Source: Guillardia theta CCMP2712 (lineage: Eukaryota > Protista > Cryptophyta). From it: a stretch of 64,000 nucleotides of DNA. The notes under the pieces were generated by a model, which had not been told where the DNA came from, searched no databases, and was given only the letters and a program-made list of their open reading frames with translations. This document shows, one piece after another, positions 1-10,196 of this stretch. Positions within the stretch are counted from its first letter, which is position 1. Each line of letters opens with the position of its first letter. The DNA lies in NCBI RefSeq assembly GCF_000315625.1, contig NW_005434662.1, forward strand, positions 8,026 to 72,025, given 5' to 3'. A program made the position numbers and the translations under genes.

Positions 1-454
1 TGTCTGCCATGGAAAACTGTCGCACTCTCTCCTCAATCAGGTACGCGAAATACCCCGACCCGTGCACCTCCTTTACCTTGAGCGCTATTGCAACAATCCA
101 AGCAAACCCCCCGGCACCGAGCAAGAAGCGAAACCCAGTGAGCGCCATCGCTGCTGAGATCGGATCTTGTGAGAAGAGAACAAGCTTTGGCCTCTTCTGG
201 TATATGACATTCTTGTTGAGGCTTCGCTGCATGTTGTCTCCTGGCAGCTGAGTGTACATTCGGACGAAGTCGGAAGTAAAATCTTGTCGTTGATCCCAGT
301 AATCTTTCAAATCTACCGGGGAGATGAGAACTGGAGTGGAGTCCGATTGGATTGCCACGGATACTTCCATGTCTTCATCGCGGATCGAGCCAGCAGAGCC
401 GCTGATGTCTTCAGCAATCATTCCTACTTCGGGAGAAACCTGATTGCTTTCCAT
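1..454 (-). CDS. 5' part of hypothetical membrane protein, runs off the window edge
   Basis: Manual translation from ATG at 454 gives an open frame to position 1 (MESNQVSPEVG...ISAAMALTGFRFLLGAGGFAWIVAIALKV...), with one hydrophobic stretch. Missing from the ORF track because there is no stop in the window. Confidence 0.6.
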   Translation of the reverse strand, partial: MESNQVSPEVGMIAEDISGSAGSIRDEDMEVSVAIQSDSTPVLISPVDLKDYWDQRQDFTSDFVRMYTQLPGDNMQRSLNKNVIYQKRPKLVLFSQDPISAAMALTGFRFLLGAGGFAWIVAIALKVKEVHGSGYFAYLIEERVRQFSMAD

Positions 455-1900
455 CGTATTTCGAAGTTGAGTGTGTCGATCTTTGTTACAAACTTGTATT
501 CGTCGCCTACTCGAGGTTCTTTCTTCCGGCCTTCTTCCTTTTCTTTCCTCTCCTTTTCTCTCTTCGCCACCTCCCCCCTATCTCACTCTTCTCTCTTTCC
601 CCCTCTTCTCCTATTCTCTCCCAATCTGTCTCTGCTCTGTTCTTTCCTCACTGCTACCCTCCGAGCATCTGGTCTCCTGCCCCTCCTCAGATCGTCTGTC
701 CAAATGGAGAGGAGGGTACATTCTTAGTAAAGGGGCTAAAACATTGTACACTTAATAATGCTTTACTAGTAGAATGATACTTGGCTGCGAGGAGTCCGCA
801 GTGGTAATCTGAAAAAAAACAATATCCGATCCATCGTATTGACAGTCGCGGAGGGAGAGAGTACCCCTACTTGTGTGGCGTCAAAGTAGTTTTTAAAAAG
901 GCACGAGTGACTAGCGCAGCGCCGAAGTGGCTAAAATCTTACTAATAAAACAATATATTTGTAGCACTTGTGTAATAAAAATATCCTGGCACGGCAGTTA
1001 TTATTATTAATAAAAGTAAAAGCATCACTCGAGGTCTTTCCAACTTTAGTTAACCTGGAGAAAGGGGTTTTAAGATCTAGGTTAAATGCAGGTGACCCTA
1101 GCTAAAGATTCCAGTTATCAATTTGTACCACAACGATTGCTTTTTTTAAACTGTCAACGATTTGTTCCATCGATGCATTCATGCGGTTGCCATGCTATCC
1201 AGAAAGAATGCAGATCTGATGCGTATGCGAAGGTTGCGTTGCTGTCATATGAGATTCCAGCTGTCAATGCAGGAAATCAACAACATGAAACGTACAGTAT
1301 GAAATCTTTTATTGCATGAACTTCCTAAATTCAAGCAAATGCTCACAATATTTGTGTACCCTTCAGGATTCATGTCTCCGATCCATGGTGACCGCAGATG
1401 AACTCACTGGAATCTGCTTGGCTTGACACATGCACAGGAAGCGGTGACGTTAGCCCGTTGGAATATCCTCTTCACCTCTGCCTGTTCTTGAACATATGCA
1501 TGATACTATGGAAAGATGCTGTATGTTAATCATATGTACCGTTGAACATTACATTTGGATTCGTTATCATTGTCCTCGTTGAACACACAACAGGAAAGCT
1601 TTCAGTAACACAATCTTGCTGTCTCAGGATGATAGTTGATGTTATGTTGTCAGTCAGATGGAGAGAAAGAGGTACACGAGAAGGAAGTCGGACGAGGCTG
1701 CGCACGCCATGCAGTGTACGCTATGTGGAACGCCCTGCCAGGGCGCCGCTCGTCGGCTTTTACCGAGATATCGAAACGTTGCGATTTAACCATTCAAAAA
1801 CGCTATTCAGGCCCTGAGAATAGTAGTGACATAGTGGACCAAGTTAAGTAAACCTTTAGTACCTACGGATTCAGAGCTTCCAGACTCGAGGCTCTCTCGA

Positions 1901-1966
1901 GTGTCCGACAGGGTCAAGCCGGGTTGATTATACTCGTACGAAATTTAACTTAACCTGACTAAAGAT
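1901..1966 (+). repeat. Degenerate copy of the ~160-bp intergenic element
   Basis: GTGTC..CAGGGTCAAGCC..TGATT..CTCGTAC..TTTAACTTAAC..TAAAGAT is collinear with the copy at 2774-2932. Confidence 0.6.
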
Positions 1967-2090
1967 ATCACCGTGATGACGGATGATTATTGAATTATCC
2001 TTTTTTAAAATGAGCACCTACCAACCAAGCCTGGCCTGGCACTCCAACACCCGTAGCAGCAAGACTGACCAACTTTGAAATAGGCTCCAG

Positions 2091-2221
2091 GATTGGGTTT
2101 GGTTCTCGCTGTCTTTTCTCTTCTCGCCGTTTGGCCTGTGCGACAGTGTCAGGGTCAAGCCTCCTCGCCGAGTCTCTCCTGATTGTCCTCGTACTGATTT
2201 TAACTTAACTTTGAGTAAAGA
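2091..2221 (+). repeat. Near-intact copy of the ~160-bp intergenic element
   Basis: GTTTGGTTCTCGCTGTCTTTTCTCTTCTCGCCGTTTGGCCTGTGCGACAGTGTCAGGGTCAAGCCTCCTCG...TGATTGTCCTCGTACTGATTTTAACTTAACTTTGAGTAAAGA is almost identical to 2811-2931. Confidence 0.92.
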
Positions 2222-2234
2222 GGGCTCCCCTTCA

Positions 2235-2760
2235 CACACGGTGGCACTCCGACGGGCCACCTCCTTGCGGAGGCTTCCCACACAGCCGCGCGGCACGAGT
2301 GGCCCGGGCCGGGGCTCAGTTGCGCAGTGCGGCGGCCCTGATCCGACTCTCAGCCAGGCCTGACTCCCCGAGTCCGGGAGTCCCGGTATCCCGGGGGCCC
2401 ATCATTGTCAAAAACACTGATGATGTGACATAGTACTCGTAGAAAATCCAGGATTAACTTCCCATCATGGCATGCCATCCGATCCGCCGGGAGTGGGCCA
2501 CCTCCAGTAGCCTTCCCGAGTCCGTCCGCGCATGATCGGCCAACCCGGCCGGGCGGCGATGGCCGCGAAGTACGGCCGGCGGCGCGGCGGCCCGCCTCAC
2601 TGCCGGCCCGGGCCCGGGCCGGGCCGATCGTAGTGATCGGCCCGCCACTCGTCAGCCGCCGGCCCGGGCCGGCCCGGGCCGATCGTAGTGCTCATTCCTT
2701 CGGCGGCGGCCACCGCGACATCGCTGGCATGGCCGCGCGGGGGACTTGTCCTGCGCGCCG
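2235..2760. promoter_or_regulatory. GC/CpG-rich intergenic island
   Basis: Dense GGCC/CCGG/CCCGGG words and short internal duplications, upstream of divergently oriented genes. The regulatory role is inferred from position only. Confidence 0.5.
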
Positions 2761-2773
2761 TTAAGTGAAGGTA

Positions 2774-2932
2774 TCAGTTAAGTTTGGGGGACAGCAGTCG
2801 GCAGGTTTAGGTTTGGTTCTCGCTGTCTTTTCTCTTCTCGCCGTTTGGCCTGTGCGACAGTGTCAGGGTCAAGCCTCCTCGACTCTCCTGATTGTCCTCG
2901 TACTGATTTTTCACTTAACTTTGAGTAAAGAT
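2774..2932 (+). repeat. Full-length copy of the ~160-bp intergenic element
   Basis: Matches the reverse-complement copy at 21005-21169 end to end (TCAGTTAAGTTTGGGGGACAGCAGT...TTAACTTTGAGTAAAGAT). Confidence 0.92.
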
Positions 2933-2949
2933 CTGCGTTCGCATTCAGA

Positions 2950-3370
2950 AGGACCCCCGAACACGTGCCATCGATTTTACCTACCCACCCCAACAACAAC
3001 CAGCATTACCACTCTAGGGTACGATTGAAGAAAAGCACCCCCACCCTCTTTTTCTATATACTCTTTCACTCCCTACCCCTCCCCTAGAAGCAGGGCCATT
3101 TAAAAAGCATGATGAGAGAGCAATTCACCTTTACTCACTTATGTCCTTCTTTGAAATCAGAGGTACCCCTGATTTTCTCTTTCGCACTACCCCTAGGGCA
3201 CCGCATCTACCACAGGATGCCATTGCTACCCTCCACCTCCAAGTTCACCACCCACTCACCCTTCTCCAAAGCTTCAATCACCCCCACCCTCTGTTGGTCA
3301 GTACTACCCCCAAGTATGAAGAAAACCCCGTCTTCCCTCCAAAATGTCCACCTGTCCATGCAGGGTTCGA
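2950..3370. other. TACCCC/CACCC-rich strand-skewed tract
   Basis: Repeated TACCC, CACCC and ACCCC words. Same texture as 30040-31340, 36120-36660, 41220-41970 and 51820-52060. Confidence 0.55.
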
Positions 3371-3869
3371 GATCCCATTGGGGCCGCTGCCGGTTCAGAC
3401 TTGCAGATGCTGCTCTTACGTTAGCCTATCTCCCTTGCCTGCGTACTGCAGGCTCCGCTCTCACGTGTTTGTGGAACCTCAACCCTGTATCCTTCTCTTG
3501 CTTACTTTCTCGAATTTAACCAGATTTCATGTGTTTTTGCTTTCGAATCGTGTACCATGATTTGCATGTTTGTCCAAGGAAATAAATTCAGTCGAAATGG
3601 AACGAATTGAACTGAAAGTCGGGGAGACTTTGTTTGACGTTGGCTCTGGTCTGACTATTTCGACCAGTTTTGATTGCTTTCGTGATGTCGGTTGTATCTA
3701 TCTCTGTGAAGGGAGCATTAAGAGTGTTCTGCTCTCGATTTGATTTCAATACGATTTACTGCACAAGTGACATGCTTAGATGGAGGCATAGAATCCAAAG
3801 AAATAATGAATATTTCATTTTCAGGAACCACAGTAAACTTCCTGGTTCAGCTTTCACATCGCATGCAGG

Positions 3870-6800
3870 ATGTTTCCTGGAGGTTCAACCTCCCATGATT
3901 GATGGTGCTGAACTGAATTGGCCTAAGCAGGAAGAGGATATCCGGGGAAGAAACCAGAGGCGAAGAAGACCGGTCCAGCTGCTGCATTTCCAAAACCTAT
4001 CAACCTACCTAGTCGTCGCAAGGAGAACAACGGATTCGATCCTAATGTTCAACTGGTTGGCACAGGCTCTTGGGCTGCTTCACAGAAATCAGCGAGTGGT
4101 ACATTGGTCTCCAACTCGAACAGCCCCCTGCGCTCGGCAACTGTATCTGCTGCACCCGAAGTGCCACGACCTTCGCAGCCCATGGGTTGGAACACATCAT
4201 CAGTGCAACCGAATCCTGTGTTGAATTCTGCGAATGCTAAACCAGATTCAGGGGCAGAATTTCCTAAACTTGGCGAAACTTCAAGTCGTCCAGCGATGAC
4301 ATTGACACAGGATTGGCAAATTGGCAGCCGTGAAGAAGCCAACTCATTTCCACGCCAGGAGCCTCCACAGTCTCGTGCCAATGCAAAGGAACAAGAAGCA
4401 TTTAAGAAAGATTTGTCACCTCCACCTCTTGTTCAATTTTCCAATCATGATTGGGCAGAAGATGATGACGATGAAATGGATTTCCAACAACCGATTGTCA
4501 TAGCTGGTTCAGGAAATGATTCGTCTAAATCTCAAGTGAAGGCAGCTCCCATCGATCCAAAGGAGGAAGCAATTATTCTGGCGAGGAAAAAACAGGTACA
4601 GTCAATTGTCTACGCTTTGAATTTTCTGAGAACGAATCAATCGACAGCAAGAGCTTGAACGAATGCAGGAAGAATTGATCATCCAACAACGAAGAGCAGA
4701 CATAGAAGCTTATGAGCGCGAAAAGAGATTGCAAGAAGAAGCAGAACAACGAAGACGGCAAGAAGAGATGGAACAGAAAAGACAGATAGTTGAAGAGCGC
4801 GAAAGACGATTTGATCGAGAGCGTGAAAGAGACAGATGGGTACTGAATATTACTTTGGTCAAAGGGTGTTCTAATTGTGTCACCTCAACAGAGAAATGAT
4901 GAGCCCAGGCGATCTGAGGAAGAGCGATGGTCTCGCACTTCTGATTTTCACAGAGTTGATGAAGAAAAACGATTGCAAGACCGTGAAGTCGCGAGCCAGA
5001 ATGAATTGATGAAGAAGTCAATTGAGGCAGCAAGGAAAAGAAGAGAGGAGGAGGAGCAGAAAATGGAAGCTGAGCGAAGAGCTGCTGCTCAGGCTAGACT
5101 TGCTGCAATTGAAGAGAAGTTAGCTGCTCGAGCGAAACCTGGACAAGATGAAGGGCATAAGCAGAGTGATAGCAGAGAGTCTGAGGTAATGAAGGAATCA
5201 TAATTTGAAAGATATTCATGGCATTTTCAGGAGAATGTGGATTCTTCAAATTCTTTGAAAGCCACGGAAGTGGAACAAGGAGAAAGAAATGAATCCATCC
5301 TGGAGAGGCCCAACCTACAGTCCAGACAGGGTAATGCGGCAAATTATTGGAGAATTGATCAACGAAACCAGAAAGTAGAATGGCCTGATGCAGACCAAGA
5401 AGCTTGGAGGAAACTTCGTGAAGAAGAACGACCAGAAGCTCGTGGCATTCTCGAACAGCATGCTCCATCTCACATGCAAAGAATGCAAGAAGGAAGAGGT
5501 TACCGTAGGGGATATGATGTCAAGCAGGAGAAATTTTTCAGCACAAACAGGTGAATTTGAAAATGAACACTTGTCTGAACCCTGTGCAACTGATTCCAAG
5601 TCTATTTGAATTTGCTAGATACGAGGTTGAAGATCAGACTGCTGCAAGCTTGAGGCGATTCATGGCAGAAAGGGAAGAACGAGAAATCAAGAACAAGGAC
5701 AAGCAACAGAGGGATGTGACTTACAGAGATCGACAAAATGAGAAAGAAGTTGAAATTGTTGATAGAGCAACTTTGAAAAAACAGGCGTTGGAAGAGAGGC
5801 GCAGGCGCGAGGAAGACCTTCGAGCAAGGCAGGCTGAAGAATTGGAACATGAAAATCCAAGTAGGGAAAGGTTTCCAGTTCGAACAAAATTACAGTTAGC
5901 GAAAAGGACTTTGCCTCTGGATTCTTCAAGACAGCCACCAGGTTCTGTAGCTATGTGTTTGAAACTGTAATCTGAGTATATGATAGACGGAGCGAACAGT
6001 ACAAATGGATCTCACGTGCAGAGAACAAAAGCAGATGTTCCTCCACCATCAGAAATGCCCATAAGCAGTGAATGGATGGATCACTCGCAAACAGCATGCA
6101 TACAAACGTTTGGAGCTCCTGAACTTGTCAACCAACTGGGTGCAAAAGCGTGGTCGTCTACCACAGTTACAGTGGCCCCAGGACGCAATGTTACTGGAAA
6201 AATGGCACCTCCTTTGGCACAGGGTTTACTATCAAATCCCGTAATCGGCATGCACACCAAACCTGATATTGCAAGACAAGAAATTATGAATGGAAGTGCT
6301 TCTATGCCTGTCCGGTCGAAAATTCAAGATGCTAGTGATGTAGCAACAGGAGCAGCTGACTTCATCCTCGGTGAGGATGACGTCCGTCGAACGAATAATA
6401 TGCAGAATGTTGAGGAGTCCTACACAGCAGTTCCAGAATCGGCCAATGTGATGGGAACTGATGCTGCATTCCAACATCTGCCCAGCTCAGAATGGACATC
6501 ATGGCAAGGATGGAAGTATGATCAAACATTCAGCTCTTTCACAACAGCGGGTGTAAATTTAAATCTTAGTGATCTCCCTCTTCAAATCCCAAGTGATCAA
6601 TCTCTTTGGGTCCCAAAGCAGGATCCAACTGATTCTTCCAAGGCGAACTCACTCTTCAAAGGTACTCCTTGGACCCCGATTTGGCAAACAGACACTTCAG
6701 TTGATCAAGCTGCGATTAGGCTGCCCGCAAATCAAGGACGGGGCTCTAATGAGAATGCGGGTGGGTCGGATTACTCTGTCTCTGGACAAGGCATGAGCAA

Positions 6801-7191
6801 TCTGAAGAATACGAGAGAAGTCAAGGCTCTCAGGAAGTTCTCTCCACAGGCTGGTGGGCCAGTAAAGAAAGATTTGGGTACATTTTCCCCTCAGGTGACG
6901 AATATTGCAAATAGTACCGATTCCCCAAGGAATTCTTTTAGCTCTCAAGGGCCGAGGCCGAGCGGGAGGAGTGTCGCCACCATGAGCTACGGGAGAGTGA
7001 AGAAGATAATGCCACGACCACAAGGTGATGACTCGTCCAGGGAGTCAACGTCGGGAAGCAATATCGATGGAATTGGAATGGAAAGCGGAGATATCGCCCG
7101 TGGTGGATCTAGGGGCAAACTTTATGTACCGCAAAGTGTTAGGGAGGCTGCACATGCTCTTTCCAAGCAGCGGGGAGTTGTGGACCAGTGA
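3870..7191 (+). CDS. PRRC2/BAT2 (plant MOS1)-like protein, multi-exon, N-terminal BAT2_N motif then charged coiled-coil/disordered regions
   Basis: ATG at 3870 and intron 3883-3930 give MFPGGRGYPGKK...FPKPINLPSRRKENNGFDPNVQLVGTGSW, matching the BAT2_N signature (PxNLPSxxxENxGxDPNVxLV). Further GT-AG introns (e.g. 4596-4647) join ORFs 4104, 4663, 4877, 5237, 5551 and 5980. Confidence 0.75.
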
Positions 7192-7456
7192 GGTTCGCAG
7201 CATCCAAGGGTAGGGTGCTTTGGAATGGCTACATGCCTTTTGTTGCTTTGAGATGGGATACGATCAACACAAAATATTTACAGGCTGTCCTACATGGAGA
7301 TCGTTTATTTTGAATACCTGCATGGTACTTGCAGTTTTAAACGAATGAGACGGCTAGTACAAAAAAAATCAATGAAGAGCGTGTGGAAGCCATAAAAGAT
7401 CGATGAAAATTAGATCTTGCAGTTTAGTGAAACCGTTTCAAAACATTCAGCACCAG

Positions 7457-8690
7457 CTATATCTAAAGCACTTGTGTCAATTCTTCAGTTGTGTCGATCG
7501 GTGAATTTACCTGCCCGTCATAACAATCCTTGAGGACCCCCATCTTGATAATGCTCTCAGGGATGTTGTCGCGACGAACAGGTTTGTTGCCGCAGGCTCC
7601 ATTCAAATACCTTGCATCAATGTGACAAGATGGTCGAGATCAGACAGATAGTACAATTCTTTGAGGGTGGTAAGCTGTGATAAGCCCTCGGGAATGTGTC
7701 TTAGACTACAGTTGCAGAGCGTGAGGTCCTCTCTGACAGCGACATCAGAACAATCGCTGTGTCTTTATCGCCAATTACATCTTCGGCATCTTGTAGAAAC
7801 CGCCTGGAAGCTCCTGTGATATAAAAATTATTTCACAGGACATGAAAATGAAATAGAAGTGAAAGACCGTAATGGGATTTCCGTCAAGGTAAAACCCACG
7901 CAAACAAGTGAGCTGTTCCAGTCCGTTGGGCAACGATGTTAATCTGTTGTTAGACAAGAATGCAAACTGAAGCTTCGGAATTCTACAGAACTCTTCTGGA
8001 AGCTCAGTGATAAAGTTGTTGTAGATCTGCAGAGAAGGGGATCAGAAGAATTTCCACAGAGCCAGCTGTTTCTCACACTAAGCTGAGTTAAATTGTTGAG
8101 CCGATGTATTGATTTTGGTAAACTTGTCATGATGTTGTCATAGATGCAGAGAGTTTGCAAGGCCGTCATCTCCTGAATTTCTTCAAAACTCGTAAGAACT
8201 TGAGTTCAGGATACGATCCGTCCGCTTACCTTCAGGCAGCATCTGAATTCGGTTCTGATTTATTGACAACTTGGTGAGTGAGGTTGCCAAATGTCCATCG
8301 CGCCACACACATTGTTCAGGCAGCTGATGCAATAGTCACAGACATAATCAAGTGTGTTGCACATGAAAAGCGCACTTGTGTGTACAGATTCATGCTCAAA
8401 TCCAGCTCGCGCAGATTTGTGAGAACGGACAAATCCCATGGCAGCGTCGTCAACCTGAATCTTATCAGTCAAATCGAAAAAAGTCATCAAAGAGTAAGAA
8501 GGATAATTTGGCAGAGATTCACAAACAACAAGCGCGTGTGACTTAAAGAACGTTGGGATAAGGTAAACCTTTTCAGGCGAAGATCAAGATGGGTCATATC
8601 GGCATCGATCTCAAGTTCCTCACTCCCTGGTGGGAGCGATCCTGTTCCTATCTGATTCGAGAAGTCGTTCTTGCTAGAAGAACCACCCAT
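7457..8690 (-). CDS. Leucine-rich repeat protein with likely N-myristoylation, multi-exon
   Basis: N-terminus MGGSSSK. LRR units include LQTLCIYDNIMTSLPKSIHRLNNLTQL and NNRLTSLPNGLEQLTCLRGFYLDGNPI. Short GT-AG introns; final exon I* inferred at 7457-7462. Confidence 0.75.
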
Positions 8691-8959
8691 CCTTGTCTTG
8701 TCGAATGTTATGCCCTGTTGCTTATGCCTCCTCTACCCAAGAGTCTCCCTGACCCCGTCGTGCCACTGAAGAACGGCAGCCCTTGCCAACTCGGAACACA
8801 GAGTTTTCTGCACTGTCCTTGAAGCAGCTGATCGAGCAAGAAAAGACGTGAGGCTTGTGACTTCTCCTCTCCTCCCTCTCCTCTCTCTCTCCTCTCTCTG
8901 CCTCAAAGCCTTGCTCCTCGTCGATCCCGTCCTTCCGCTGCTGACGACGACACCCCGCT

Positions 8960-9620
8960 GCCCCACCCGGACTCAGTCGCCAAGCAGTGCGGCCCGGACC
9001 CGCCTCCCGGGTCCCCGGCCCGGCCCGGCCCCCGCGGCCGCCGGGCCCGGCCGGGCCGCCCACGCAGCCTCCAAGGCAAGGCCCGGGGACTCAGCCGAAG
9101 GGCCCGGGAACATAAAAAGTAAACCCCGGGCCTGGCCGCCGCTTGACAGGCTCATCATGGCATCACTTCCAAAGTTCCGGGAACGGCCCGGGGCCCAGCC
9201 TCCGGGCGGCGCCGCGGCGGCCTGGCAGGCCGGGCTGGCTGGCGGCGGCCCAGCCGCTCAGGGGCCCGGGGCCCGGGCCCACCCCCGGTCACTGAGTCAC
9301 GGCGTGACCCGGAGGCTTCAGTTCCGATGACTCCTGGCAGCCTGAGCCCCGGCCGCCACCAGGCTCTCCTGATCATCGGATTGTCCTCGGGGGCCTCGTA
9401 CTGATTTTTATCTCATAGCGTATGTAACTTTGAGTATTTCGGAGGCTCTTGCCGGTCCGATCCGATCCGAAGCCTTGACTCTGTGAAGCCTCGGATGATG
9501 CATGTCCGCCGGCCGGCCCCCGGCCGGCGGGCCGCGGGCGGGTCACTGAGTCACCGGGCCGGGCAGTGGCCGAGTCGGACCCGGGCCCTCAGGCCAGTCG
9601 GGTTGGGCCCTGAGCGTCCG
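8960..9620. promoter_or_regulatory. GC/CpG-rich island between divergent LRR and PUF60 genes
   Basis: Extreme GC content, with GTCACTGAGTCAC twice (~9288, ~9543). Confidence 0.5.
9364..9436 (+). repeat. Insertion-interrupted fragment of the ~160-bp element
   Basis: CTCTCCTGAT[catcggat]TGTCCTCG[ggggcctcg]TACTGATTTT[...]TAACTTTGAGTA. Confidence 0.75.
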
Positions 9621-9794
9621 ATGACTCTTTAACTTGAAACCTTCACTCAAAGAATCCCCAAGAAAATGACGGAGGTTACGGAGGCGAGGGAACCAAATGG
9701 GAGGAAGAGGAGGAAGAGGAGGTAGAGGAGGTGTTGGAGGGGACGAGGAGGTGATGGAGGACGAGGAGTGCTGATGGTCGAGGACGAGGGAGAG

Positions 9795-9841
<47 letters not shown>

Positions 9842-10196
9842 AGAGTGGAAATGCTTACCTGAATGAGGAAAAGAGGTGATGAAGAGGAAATTTATACTGT
9901 GACATTAGCGGTATCCAAAAATGGTGGGAGTAGTGAAGATGAAGGATACGCTGGACAAGAATTATGTCAGTATTTAACAAAACATATATCTCAAGGAGTC
10001 GGCGGTAGATCTTGACTGATTGACGATTGGATAGCAGAACATGAGCAGTGAAATGACGATCATGATACCAGGATGCATGAATAATGTGATGGAGAGAATT
10101 TCAATTAGAAAGAATAGCTTCTTGCTGCTGTGATAATATGTTTGATTCATAACATGCATGCTTCAGGTCGCGGGAGGTTTACAAAATCGAGACAGC

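Noticed and set aside
1000-1850. Possible gene between the first CDS and the first island
   Set aside because: Only short ORFs, and I could not build a consistent exon chain.
2840-2880. tRNA-derived SINE or Pol III A/B boxes in the element
   Set aside because: TGGCCTGTGCG and GGGTCAAGCC are poor matches only ~20 bp apart. There is no cloverleaf or tail.
2765-3028. Short ORFs overlapping the 160-bp element (also 2018-2296 and 20965-21216), which look like a small peptide family
   Set aside because: The similarity is only the DNA repeat. Starts are GTG/TTG, ends differ, and indels in other copies break the frame.
8722-9376. G/P/A/R-rich ORFs in GC islands (also 20075-20975, 41980-42414 and 55830-56411)
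   Set aside because: Stop-poor because of extreme GC content, open on both strands, and without domain signal.
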